From Promethearchaeota archaeon (lineage in GTDB: Archaea > Asgardarchaeota > Heimdallarchaeia > Hodarchaeales > Hodarchaeaceae): a stretch of 32,000 bases of DNA. Shown here piece by piece: positions 8,157 to 17,655 of this stretch (position 1 is its first letter; each line of letters begins with the position of its first letter). Position numbers and translations under genes: made by a program. Under the pieces are notes generated by a model. That model did no database searches, was not told the DNA's origin, and was given only the letters and a program-made list of their open reading frames with translations. The stretch lies in the NCBI GenBank assembly GCA_048938105.1, contig JBHLMN010000005.1, positions 207,036 through 239,035 on the forward strand. The letters run 5' to 3'.

Positions 8157-9575
8157 TTAACCAGGGGGGATTAAAATTCTGACCTTTGATCCTTCATTCT
8201 TTGTAGCATCAATAAAAATATTCCCACCATGTTGATCAACAATACCTTTAGTTATTGTTAATCCTAAACCAAGGCCCCCTGCGCTATAACTTGTTACTCT
8301 AGAAATGAATGGGCTATAAACTTTGGAAATAATTTCAGAAGGTATTCCCTCTCCATGATCCTGAACAGTAATGTTTAATCCTTTTGTTTGCCATTTTATG
8401 ATTAGAACTACTGGCATGTCCCCAGGACTATGTTTACAAGCATTCTCTAAGAGATTAAAAATAGCTTGGGAAAGGCGATCGAAATCAAAAACTAGTGGAA
8501 AAGTGGATTTTAAGCTTGGATCAATACAAATATCTGGAACAATACGTGAAGAGTAGTTCCAAGTCTTTAGATCATCCAATAATGCAGTCTTAAATTCTTT
8601 AAAGGTCACTGGTCGCTTATTTACACTAAAGATTCCTTTTTCAATCTCAGAAAGAGTATATACATCAGTAATCAGTTTTTCCAAACGATGTACATTTCTG
8701 GTAAGAGTATTAAGTATCTTTTTTCCATAATCATCATTTTCTTTAGCTTTGTTTAATAAATAAGTACACCCTCTAATTACTGTTAGAGGGGTTCGGAGCT
8801 CGTGCGTCGTTACTTCAATAAAGCGATTTCGGAGTTTCTCTAGCAACATCTTCTCTGTTATATCGGAAAATACGGCAAGAACTCCCCAATGATTTCCGTG
8901 TGGGGTCTTCAATGATCCTAATGAGAGTATTACTTCCTTTAGAGTCGAATCTGCACAACGTACCCTGATATGGTGAGCAAATGACCCCATGTCTACATTT
9001 TCACTGATTTGAGTTTTTATGTCTTCTAAATCATCAGAGTAAATGAGGTCCAAAATATTATTTACTTTAATTTCATTTTTAAGTTCATAACCTAGCATTT
9101 TAGCAAGAAATTGATTTAGATAAAGAATATTTCCATTAGATTCTGCTATTATTACACCAGAGTTAATTGATTTTAAAAATTCACGATTTTGATTAGTAAC
9201 ATTTTCTAATACACTATGTAATTCAACAAATTCGCTAATATCTTGAATTATTCCATAGATATACTTATTTTCGAAAATACCAACTGTGAATTGAACAGGT
9301 ATAGTTTTACCATGATGAGATACCTCTAGCCTTATTGACTTTGGTTTGCTTTCATCTGAAATGGTCGAAGCGAGTAATTCTCCTTCCTGAACAAATATAC
9401 TGCCTATTTTTCTGCCACGAATCTCATCAAAATCAGACACTTGGTGGAGTTCATTAAATATATCATTAGCCCAAACTAATACTCTTGTGTCCAAATCCTG
9501 AACATAAATCGCATCTTTAGATTCTTTAAGTATTCTCTTGAAAATCTTATATTCTGTTAGAGATACTTGATTCAC
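8157..9575 (-). CDS. cytoplasmic PAS-domain sensor histidine kinase
   Basis: H-box TTHELRTPLTVIRG, N-box NLLENACKHS, G1 VQDHGEGIP, G2 GGLGLGLTITKGIV. Two PAS-like units lie N-terminal. No TM segment. GTG start with GGATGAG 8 nt upstream. Confidence 0.9.
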   Translation of the reverse strand: MNQVSLTEYKIFKRILKESKDAIYVQDLDTRVLVWANDIFNELHQVSDFDEIRGRKIGSIFVQEGELLASTISDESKPKSIRLEVSHHGKTIPVQFTVGIFENKYIYGIIQDISEFVELHSVLENVTNQNREFLKSINSGVIIAESNGNILYLNQFLAKMLGYELKNEIKVNNILDLIYSDDLEDIKTQISENVDMGSFAHHIRVRCADSTLKEVILSLGSLKTPHGNHWGVLAVFSDITEKMLLEKLRNRFIEVTTHELRTPLTVIRGCTYLLNKAKENDDYGKKILNTLTRNVHRLEKLITDVYTLSEIEKGIFSVNKRPVTFKEFKTALLDDLKTWNYSSRIVPDICIDPSLKSTFPLVFDFDRLSQAIFNLLENACKHSPGDMPVVLIIKWQTKGLNITVQDHGEGIPSEIISKVYSPFISRVTSYSAGGLGLGLTITKGIVDQHGGNIFIDATKNEGSKVRILIPPG

Positions 9576-9788
9576 AATAGGCTCATCCTAACATTAACAG
9601 CTTGAAGTGAGTTTGCACTAATCATAAGAATCAGTAAATTTATAATTTAACTTCTTTTTTGACAAAATAATTCGTCAATAAAGACTAATACAACTAATAA
9701 TATAAAAAAATATTATTTTATAATTGGAGATCCAACGATCATTTATACCGTTAATTTAAGATCTAAAATAATGGGTGTTTGTTAATTC

Positions 9789-10358
9789 GTGGCAATAATT
9801 GCAAAAATCTGCTTATGTGGCGATGGGGAGGTAGGAAAAACGTCGTTACGTAATAGATATTTAGGCCGAGGCTTTCAGAGTGATTACTTGCCAACTCTTG
9901 GTTCAGATTTTGTATCAAGAAAGGTTATGATAAAAAGTAGTTCAGAATCTAAAGAGATTCGTTTTCAAATCTGGGATCTAGCCGGTCAACCAGCATTTAA
10001 TCAAATTAGGCCCCTTTATTTTAAGCAAGCTGTAGGTTCCCTACTTATATTTGATATTACTAGACCAAAAACATTATACAATTTAGAAAGATGGGTGGAT
10101 GAACTCAACCAGAATTCTGGTTGTACAAAAATGGCAATAATTGTACTTGGCAATAAATCGGATTTAAAGGATGGAAGTACAAATCAGGTTACAAGAGAAG
10201 AGGCAAAAAAGTTCATTAAAAACCAGTTAACAAATCAATCTTATAATTGCATTGATAATACAATACCTTTTTTCGAAACTTCAGCAAAAACAGGTGAAAA
10301 TGTTAATCAAGCATTCGAAGAACTAGGATTAAAAATATATTCAAATTTTTATTATTGA
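9789..10358 (+). CDS. Rab/Ras-like small GTPase (Asgard-type), no C-terminal prenylation Cys
   Basis: G1 GDGEVGKT, switch I YLPTLGSDF, G3 WDLAGQ, G4 GNKSD, G5 ETSAK. GTG start. The C-terminus is ...KIYSNFYY with no CAAX/CC. Confidence 0.9.
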   Translation: MAIIAKICLCGDGEVGKTSLRNRYLGRGFQSDYLPTLGSDFVSRKVMIKSSSESKEIRFQIWDLAGQPAFNQIRPLYFKQAVGSLLIFDITRPKTLYNLERWVDELNQNSGCTKMAIIVLGNKSDLKDGSTNQVTREEAKKFIKNQLTNQSYNCIDNTIPFFETSAKTGENVNQAFEELGLKIYSNFYY

Positions 10359-10384
10359 CAATGATAAAGATTTGCTGAATAATA

Positions 10385-10510
10385 GAACTACTGAACAAAA
10401 TTTCCTTATGTGGAGAAGGAGGTGTGAGAACAATTTTCCCTATGATGTATATTTCTCTTACCTTATTTTTGGACTATCTTAACAAAAACGTATTTAAATC
10501 TGAATTCTAA
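10385..10510 (+). pseudogene. possible relic of a second small-GTPase N-terminus
   Basis: Own translation: IIELLNKISLCGEGGVRTIFPMMYISLTLFLDYLNKNVFKSEF*. KISLCGEGGV-RT aligns with KICLCGDGEVGKT of the upstream GTPase, with the P-loop Lys lost. F.DYL aligns with FQSDYLP. No start codon, stop at 10508-10510. Confidence 0.3.
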
Positions 10511-10511
10511 A

Positions 10512-10715
10512 TTAAATGATCGGTTCTACAGAGGAATTTTCAATTTTGTTGTGAGAAGACAATAGCACGTTTCCCCAAAGGGTCTGAACTTTGGAAACAC
10601 TAAGTTTTTTCCTTTGATAATATGATTCTTTATACTTTGCTATATCCTTCAGTTGATTGGGAAGTAATTGATGCCTATAAAACGCAATGATTATCGGATT
10701 AGTGGTGTCATGCAA
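10512..10715 (-). CDS. hypothetical small protein (67 aa), doubtful
   Basis: Track ORF only. No recognisable motif and no clear SD. Confidence 0.2.
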   Translation of the reverse strand: MHDTTNPIIIAFYRHQLLPNQLKDIAKYKESYYQRKKLSVSKVQTLWGNVLLSSHNKIENSSVEPII

Positions 10716-10841
10716 CTTCTAGCATCACTATTCCAAGGTCATCATATCAAGGGAACCAGAGAAATAATTTCTAAATCTGATCATCTTAAGTAATGAAGAA
10801 ATAGCATCGCACAATCTGCCCTATATTGTTGCTAGACATCC

Positions 10842-10868
10842 CAAGTTCACAAAAGGCTGGATTAACAC
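10842..10868 (+). repeat. 27-nt conserved motif, copy A (CAAGTTCACAAAAGGCTGGATTAACAC)
   Basis: Read directly. 24/27 identical to copy C and 20/27 to copy B. Intergenic, 30 bp beyond the stop of the minus-strand methyltransferase gene. Confidence 0.85.
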
Positions 10869-10897
10869 AAACAATTGGTAAAGAAAACAATAATAAA

Positions 10898-11473
10898 TTA
10901 GATTTTTTTGATTGCTTTTATGAAGAACCATTTTTCATGATTTTCTGTAATCTCAATGTGAAAATTGGTTTCAACGAGTGTTTTTTTTATTTCTGCTAAA
11001 CTACGATTCTTTCCTCTTGAACCATAGCCTGTTTTAATTTTTTTACCATTAGGTAGGATGATTTCTAGTTTTATAAGAAATAAATCTTTGTCATTAGATA
11101 TTTTTGCATCCCAAATCCAAAATTCTCCGTTATTCTTTAAAACACGATACACCTCTTCACATATTTTTCCAAAGGTCTCCATAGACATATACATTCCACT
11201 GAAAAATGTTGTAGCATTGTCAAAATGACCATCAGAATAAGAAAGATCAGTTGCATCAGCCAGAATCCAGTTTGCAGTTGGAGCATTAGGTTTTGCCTCA
11301 TCAATTTCGTGCTGATTCTTGTCTATAGCAGTAATTCTTTCATTTCCTATTTGGGCAATAATTCCTTCCCCACCTCCTCCGATATCAATCACTGAACCAT
11401 CTGGAATTGAATCAATAGTAATTTTGTGAGATGGTGTGAGAAAATACTTAATATATGGTATATATCTGCTCAT
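10898..11473 (-). CDS. class I SAM-dependent methyltransferase
   Basis: Motif I VIDIGGGGEGIIAQ, acidic post-I ITAIDKN, ADATDLSYSDGHFD, motif III LKNNGEFWIWD (Methyltransf_11-like layout). Confidence 0.8.
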   Translation of the reverse strand: MSRYIPYIKYFLTPSHKITIDSIPDGSVIDIGGGGEGIIAQIGNERITAIDKNQHEIDEAKPNAPTANWILADATDLSYSDGHFDNATTFFSGMYMSMETFGKICEEVYRVLKNNGEFWIWDAKISNDKDLFLIKLEIILPNGKKIKTGYGSRGKNRSLAEIKKTLVETNFHIEITENHEKWFFIKAIKKI

Positions 11474-11867
11474 TATTTCTCACACTGGGTATTTTACAAA
11501 CATACAAAGTTGTGTATGAAATTTACAGAAGTATCTTTTATAGTTACTCTTTCCTGCAAATTTCGTTCAACATGGAATCATGGATTGGTTAATGGATGAT
11601 TGGAATAGTAATTAGTAGTATTGGGTATTCTTGGGGTGTAACTACAAGAAAGCTGACTAGGCAATAGCTTTACGACTAATTTATCAGTTGATATCAAAAA
11701 TTAAATCGGATATTCCAATATGACGGGAGGATATATAAGTAAGAAAGTTTTTCAAGACATTCCAATCTAAAAGGCCAAATTATGTAAGAATCTTTGAATG
11801 GATACCAAAAATAAATAGCAAAAATGCATAAATAAATAGCAAAAGTAGAGAGAAGTAGGAAACTTCA

Positions 11868-12737
11868 ATGGTATTATTTGATATAATTTGGACAGAACTA
11901 CTGAGAGATCTGTTTCCATGGGCAGTTGACGCTTTCAAACTGATTACAGAACTTGGATCGAGCGCTATTTATCTAGCAATAATTTTAATCATTTTTTGGG
12001 GGATCGATAAAAGATTAGGTATGGTAACCACTTTTGTTTATATCGGTTCTTCTATATTAAATTATTGGGTCAAAGCCATTTTAAAATATCCTCGACCAGC
12101 TCCCAGTCAGTGGTTAACTAGTGCAGCGAACTATAGCCTACCTAGTGGACATGCCCAAAGTGCAACCACGTTCTATGGCTGGCTTACTCTAAAAATTAAC
12201 AGATGGTGGATGTTTATTATTGGAACAACTTTGATCATCCTTGTTGGGATTTCACGTATTTATTTAGGAGTACATTGGCTAGGAGATGTGTTACTTGGCT
12301 GGGGAATTGGAATAGTGATTATCATATTGGTTTGGCGCTTTGAAAATCCTATTAGTGATTATCTCTCCAAGTATAATACCTATCATCTATACATAGGCCT
12401 TGTGATTTTAGGAGGAATCGCTATGGTTCTTACTGAATTAATGCTCCCTGTCCCCACTGATAATTTTGGTGGCAGTGTAGGAATTGTTATTGGCATAGGA
12501 ATTGGTTTAGCCCTTGAAAAGAAATTTGTAAACTTCACAGTTAAAACTCCAGAAAAAGAGACATGGAAAATCTTTTTACGTATAAGTATAGGCTTAATCT
12601 TAGTCCTAGTTGTCTATTATGGTACATCTTTATTCTTAAGTTCTGAAGATGTTTTAACGGCAGCTCTTCTCTATTGTCTTATCGCCTTAGTTGGGGCTTT
12701 TGTCTGGCCTTTGATCTTCTCCAAGATAGACCTTTAG
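11868..12737 (+). CDS. PAP2-family membrane phosphatase (phosphatidic acid / polyprenyl-diphosphate phosphatase type)
   Basis: All three PAP2 motifs are present: KAILKYPRP (Kx6RP), PSGH, SRIYLGVHWLGD (SRx5Hx3D). Multiple TM helices. Confidence 0.85.
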   Translation: MVLFDIIWTELLRDLFPWAVDAFKLITELGSSAIYLAIILIIFWGIDKRLGMVTTFVYIGSSILNYWVKAILKYPRPAPSQWLTSAANYSLPSGHAQSATTFYGWLTLKINRWWMFIIGTTLIILVGISRIYLGVHWLGDVLLGWGIGIVIIILVWRFENPISDYLSKYNTYHLYIGLVILGGIAMVLTELMLPVPTDNFGGSVGIVIGIGIGLALEKKFVNFTVKTPEKETWKIFLRISIGLILVLVVYYGTSLFLSSEDVLTAALLYCLIALVGAFVWPLIFSKIDL

Positions 12738-12831
12738 ATAAAATTACATAATTATTACCTAATTTGCTAATGTCGGAAAAGGCGTGATTAAGATTATCAA
12801 TAAATCAAACGTATCATTGAATCACAGGTGA

Positions 12832-13161
12832 TTAATCAATTTCGTATTTTGAAGCTATTTTCACGATAAGAAATATAACAAACGCTATTATAATGAATGT
12901 GACCAATTCTCCGAGGAAATGGCCGATTAGAAAGTCAGCATTACCAATTGAATAAGTTATTTGATTCCAAGGGATATCTGTTGCACCAGGAAAGAGCTCA
13001 AAAATGGGCATGATGAGATCATTAACTAGTGCTTGAACGAGAGCGCCTAAATAGATGCCCATAATAAAAGCAACAGCTAATCCCAAAACTTTATAATTCT
13101 TGAGAAACTCTTTAAACTCTTGCAAAAGATTTTTTGGTTTTTCTTCAGTCTCAGTTGTCAT
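12832..13161 (-). CDS. mscL: large-conductance mechanosensitive channel MscL
   Basis: 109 aa. FKEFLKNYKVLGLAVAFIMGIYLGALVQALVNDLIMPI matches the MscL N-terminal helix/TM1 pattern. A second TM lies near the C-terminus. Confidence 0.8.
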   Translation of the reverse strand: MTTETEEKPKNLLQEFKEFLKNYKVLGLAVAFIMGIYLGALVQALVNDLIMPIFELFPGATDIPWNQITYSIGNADFLIGHFLGELVTFIIIAFVIFLIVKIASKYEID

Positions 13162-13451
13162 TTTTACACCTCAAAGAGAAAAAAACTAATCTATTACTCC
13201 CCTGCTATTATTAAAAAACTTTACTACTCTTTGGAATTGGACAATTTTATAACTTTTTGAGAAGCAGACATAAGAATTTATGACATTTATAGCAAGAACT
13301 CCTTATTTAAAAAGAGCACACACAGGTTTTTTATTGCGATTCGTCTCCAGAGATAAATTAAACTCATTCCCAACCTATAATCGATTAATACTAAAGGACC
13401 TAACCATTAAACTAGTAAGAACTGAAAAACAGATACATTCCAAGTTATAGA

Positions 13452-16232
13452 CTATTGCCATGAACTAATTCGATCCGCTTTTTCTACAAACCTTGCAGAT
13501 AAGCTCTTCGTACGAGCTTGTAGAAGAATTTGGCGGCCTTCCAGGGTTCGTGTATAAATAATCTCCATATTCCCGACATATTTAGCCCAATTTTTGCTAA
13601 ATTCTTGGGCATATTCCTTATTTGTTGCTAAGATAGTGGGAAGGCCTAAATAATCCTGTCGCCTGAAAATTCTAGCCCAGATGGACTTTCGTTTCAAGAG
13701 ATAACGGGGATTCTCAATCGGACTTAGGAGTTCCTCAAGCGCATCAAGAAAAACCGACTCCTCTCTTTTGGTACAATTTTGAATGTAACATCTAACTGCC
13801 CCCAAGTATGTCTCATCTTTTTCGGTTTTAATGATGATTTCTTTAAAGGATGTTTTGATTTTCCCAGTCTTGCACAGGGATAATAATAATGCAGTCGCAA
13901 CCTGCTTCATACTACCTTTCAAAGGACCATGTTTTAAAAAAAGCCATGTAGCTTTGAAAAAATAAGGTAAAAAGATCAAAAAACCGATAAAAAAGCCTAA
14001 TAGAAGGAGGAGTAAAAGAAAATCTAACTCTCCATAGAATCGTACATTACTCAATCCCCGAAGGTAGAGTGCAAGAAAGAATAAAGAGGTCATCATTCCC
14101 TGCCAAACAATAGCAGCTATAGTATTTGTAAAAACATAAAAACGGGGTAGACTCGCGGGGTGTGTTCTGACCCCATGCACAAGCTTATAGCCTTTATTTG
14201 ATTGTAAAGCTTTTTCCCAGTCTTCTACCATCTTGCTTCGATTAATAGCCATAGTCTTGGTCAATTGGTTATAATTTTTTAATTCCGTGGAGGTTATTGG
14301 AGGTTTTTTAATATTCAGACGTTCAAGTCCATTTGTAATGATAGGTTTATCAAAAGCAACCCCAAGAAAACCCTTGAATCGTCGTTTTAACATGTGAAAA
14401 TCACCTCCAATGGCATTTTGATCAGGAAGGAAACTAAGTCTAGCTTTCAACGAAGGTAAATCTAAACACACTAGATGCCAAATATTAGCAGTCTTCATTG
14501 GCTTGGTAGGATCAATTCTAATGGCTCTACCACGCATTTGATTACTAAGCATGTAAGAACCAACAAAAGAAGCTAGTACAAGAGAGTTGATTGAAGGTGC
14601 ATCCCACCCCTCTCCCAGGAGCGAAGTAGTTCCCACTAAGACATTCAACCCGCCTTCTGTGAATAATCGGGTGATCACTTCAACACGTTTCTTTTTATCT
14701 GCAGCCTTAAACCTTATTCGAAGATAATTGGGATCATGCTTCAATTCTGTAATTGTTATTCGATCCAAAGGGATTTTCTCATCCTCAATGATTTGGTTAA
14801 ATAAAAATTGACTTATTTGGGGAATGATTATAATTGATCCAGTCAACACTCCCAATTTTGGTTCATTCATTCCTCTTAAATCTGATTTTAGGAAATGTCG
14901 TATTTCTTCAAAGATAGGAATTACCCCTATCTTGTTAATCACTACCTCATCCTGGGGATTCTTGGGTAAATATTCTTTTCGAATATAATCTGTTAAAATG
15001 ACTTGTCGTAACGAATCCCTGAGATGGGTTGATTCTAAATCCACGATTTCAACTATAGACCTCAATTTCGATAGACTTTGTTTCAAAATGCGTTCTATCT
15101 CTTCAGCACCCTCTAAGTCTACTTTTCTTCGTTCAATCGCCCCCAAAGTTTTCAATTGATCGTGAATTTTAATTAAGAATGGGGGAAGATCATCTAAGGA
15201 CGAATAGGAATTAAATATCAGACCTGTGAATAAAATCTCCAACCACGCAAACGAGATTTTAGGTAAATCTTTTGGATCTGAATTTATAATTTGCAAAGTT
15301 TTCCTCGGAAGTACCACCCCAAGACAATTAAGATATACAAGCATACTGGAAAAAAAGGCTGGTTCTTCTAGGATAGATTCTATATGAATAGTTGGGTCTT
15401 CAATCCATGGGTGGGTGAGTAAAAAATCCTTAAGTGAATCATAGTGCTTAATACCTTCAATAAGATCCCAAACTCTGTTTCTAAAGCGCAATATTTCTGT
15501 TGATTCATCATCAGTTGGCGTGGAAAATAAAACATAATCTTGATGATAACAGAGATTCCTTTCTTTCACAAGCTCAGGAACACTGACTTCTGTGTCAACT
15601 GGACCGCATAATTGCGTATAACGTTCCCATTCTGTAGGTAGAACATCATACGGAGGTGTTGCAGTCAGCGCAACAATGGTGCTAGGGGCTAACTCCTGAA
15701 TTATTTTCCATAGGTTCATCCACCAGCTTCGTCGTAAATGATGGGCTTCATCGACGACTATAGTTCCGACGTTTTGATTTTTTAAGAGATTTATTACATT
15801 AATTTTCTGGGTTGATCGCTTTTGAGAATTTTTCTCCTCTATTTCCTCCTCTGGTTCTTCAATATCTTCATCAAGGCCACACATGGCGCTATAGAGACCT
15901 TGATATGTGGAGACGGTTAAAAATTTGGGTTCTTTAATTATATCAGATATCCAAGACGGTCTCTGTTGATTGGGAATAAAATTGGTAACAAATCGGTCGA
16001 CCCATTGATTTTTAATTGCGATAGTAGGTGCAAAAATAATAGTAGGTCTGTTGAGCCTTAAAATGACTTCTAAACCTAATATTGTCTTACCTGATCCTGG
16101 GGCTGCCACAATATGTAGCCGAGAATCATCTAAATATTCTTTCAACTCCTCTAAAATGCGCTTCTGATAAGGTCGCCAAGGATACAGAAATCTTAGATTT
16201 GGAGGAAATCGCTCCATAAGCCCTACATTCAT
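13452..16232 (-). CDS. SF2 (ResIII/DEAH-type) helicase with a C-terminal region containing two predicted TM helices
   Basis: RPYQKRILEEL, Walker A AAPGSGKT, motif II VVDEAHH, motif III LTATP, helicase-C GTTSLLGEGWDAPSINSLVL, motif VI QMRGRAIR. Then FTNTIAAIVWQGMMTSLFFLALYL and FLLLLLLLGFFIGFLIFLPYFF (encoded about 13950-14145), followed by a ~170-aa tail. Confidence 0.85.
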   Translation of the reverse strand: MNVGLMERFPPNLRFLYPWRPYQKRILEELKEYLDDSRLHIVAAPGSGKTILGLEVILRLNRPTIIFAPTIAIKNQWVDRFVTNFIPNQQRPSWISDIIKEPKFLTVSTYQGLYSAMCGLDEDIEEPEEEIEEKNSQKRSTQKINVINLLKNQNVGTIVVDEAHHLRRSWWMNLWKIIQELAPSTIVALTATPPYDVLPTEWERYTQLCGPVDTEVSVPELVKERNLCYHQDYVLFSTPTDDESTEILRFRNRVWDLIEGIKHYDSLKDFLLTHPWIEDPTIHIESILEEPAFFSSMLVYLNCLGVVLPRKTLQIINSDPKDLPKISFAWLEILFTGLIFNSYSSLDDLPPFLIKIHDQLKTLGAIERRKVDLEGAEEIERILKQSLSKLRSIVEIVDLESTHLRDSLRQVILTDYIRKEYLPKNPQDEVVINKIGVIPIFEEIRHFLKSDLRGMNEPKLGVLTGSIIIIPQISQFLFNQIIEDEKIPLDRITITELKHDPNYLRIRFKAADKKKRVEVITRLFTEGGLNVLVGTTSLLGEGWDAPSINSLVLASFVGSYMLSNQMRGRAIRIDPTKPMKTANIWHLVCLDLPSLKARLSFLPDQNAIGGDFHMLKRRFKGFLGVAFDKPIITNGLERLNIKKPPITSTELKNYNQLTKTMAINRSKMVEDWEKALQSNKGYKLVHGVRTHPASLPRFYVFTNTIAAIVWQGMMTSLFFLALYLRGLSNVRFYGELDFLLLLLLLGFFIGFLIFLPYFFKATWLFLKHGPLKGSMKQVATALLLSLCKTGKIKTSFKEIIIKTEKDETYLGAVRCYIQNCTKREESVFLDALEELLSPIENPRYLLKRKSIWARIFRRQDYLGLPTILATNKEYAQEFSKNWAKYVGNMEIIYTRTLEGRQILLQARTKSLSARFVEKADRISSWQ

Positions 16233-16623
16233 AGTAATTACTTTTATACCTCCTCCTCTTTATATATTTAAGTATATAAGAAAAATCTACTAACGATTTA
16301 AAGTTCCTTTACTTAGTACTATACTGGATATTTTTACTTAACTAATTTAATGTCAAAAAGGAACCCGTCCCTTCATGGTGGTTATTATTATAGAATAAAC
16401 ATCAAAATTTCGATATGGTGATCAGAAGTTATTCGCTGCCTATCCCTTCCTTGACAAGACAGAGATTTGGGTACACTTCCGATCAAAATAGGAAAAATAC
16501 AATAAAATCGAAAAATAGGGATTCTTCCCCAAGCAGGATTGGCTGCTAAAATCTTAATTTAAAAATAACTTTTAGATTCCTATATATACATGATCTAATT
16601 TAATACATATTTGAAGAGAGAAT

Positions 16624-17349
16624 TCATTCTTTAATCTCAGCTCCACAGTGAGAACAGAACTTTTGTGCCCCTTGTACAATCGCTCCACATTTTGAACACA
16701 CAATTGTATCCGTACGAGGGAGAATAGAACTACCATTAGTTACAGTCGGAGGAACCGCTTTGTGAGAGGAAACAAATTGTGTTTTAGGGGAGATTCCAAT
16801 TGTATAAATGGACTCGGTTTGTTTTCGGTAACGGAAGTATAGAAATCCAATTATGCCAGCTCCTCCGAGGACAACAATAATCACCACTAAAGCATACCAA
16901 GGGAAAACTGGATTATCAATAGGTTTTTTTGTGAAAGTAACGTTATCAGATATTTCAATCCTAATATTGTCCCGTTCGGTTTTAGAGTCAATTGTATATT
17001 TTGTTTTAGTCGTTTGGGAGAGCGTTTTTGAGTCCTCTGGCTGCATATCACCAAAGAAAAAGTCTACTGTCTTAGTCAATTCCTCAATTCCTTGGTAGGT
17101 CTCATAAAGTTCAATGTAAATCTTGATGTCTTCGTAATAATAGGAAGATTCAATGCAGCGGCATTCAACAGTTAAGGTTATATCCCAACGTTCACCATAA
17201 TGACCCTCTCCTTTAGCATTGCACGTTATATCAAAGTAGTATTTATATCCTTGAAAAGGTGAGCCTAAAACACTAACAGAAGAAAAGATAGTTATTATTA
17301 TGAATAAAACTAACTGAAAACTATTTTTTCTCATTTTAACCCTCTTCAA
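16624..17349 (-). CDS. single-pass membrane protein: signal peptide, ~130-aa ectodomain, TM, cytoplasmic tail ending in a zinc ribbon
   Basis: N-terminal LVLFIIITIFSSVSVLG. TM ALVVIIVVLGGAGIIGFLYF followed by RYRK. C-terminal CSKCGAIVQGAQKFCSHCGAEI (CxxC-x10-CxxC). Confidence 0.7.
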   Translation of the reverse strand: MKRVKMRKNSFQLVLFIIITIFSSVSVLGSPFQGYKYYFDITCNAKGEGHYGERWDITLTVECRCIESSYYYEDIKIYIELYETYQGIEELTKTVDFFFGDMQPEDSKTLSQTTKTKYTIDSKTERDNIRIEISDNVTFTKKPIDNPVFPWYALVVIIVVLGGAGIIGFLYFRYRKQTESIYTIGISPKTQFVSSHKAVPPTVTNGSSILPRTDTIVCSKCGAIVQGAQKFCSHCGAEIKE

Positions 17350-17655
17350 AACACAAATTGAATGAATTCTATAAATAACAACTGCTTAAAATCATGTACT
17401 ATATATTTTAAGCTGTGTTAAGCCAATCCCCGTTCTCTCTAACTTTTTAGAAAGACATTAGCTCTGCTGTTTATAGGAATGAAATTAGTTCCAGAAGACA
17501 CTGTTATTCTGCTGCTTCTGATACTTATTCCCACTTTTATATATTTGGATAAGAACATATTCGCTATTCGTCGTTTATTCAATGAATAAAAGTATCTTAC
17601 TTGATGTAATAGTCTTAATTTCCTTTAGGAAGAGAAAAGAATAATAACGATGTTC

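Noticed and set aside
11807-11844. 15-nt direct repeat AAATAAATAGCAAAA (11807-11824 and 11830-11844) just upstream of the PAP2 gene start
   Set aside because: It is probably a duplicated TATA-like promoter element in low-complexity A-rich DNA. A short A/T repeat of this kind is not statistically remarkable in this composition.
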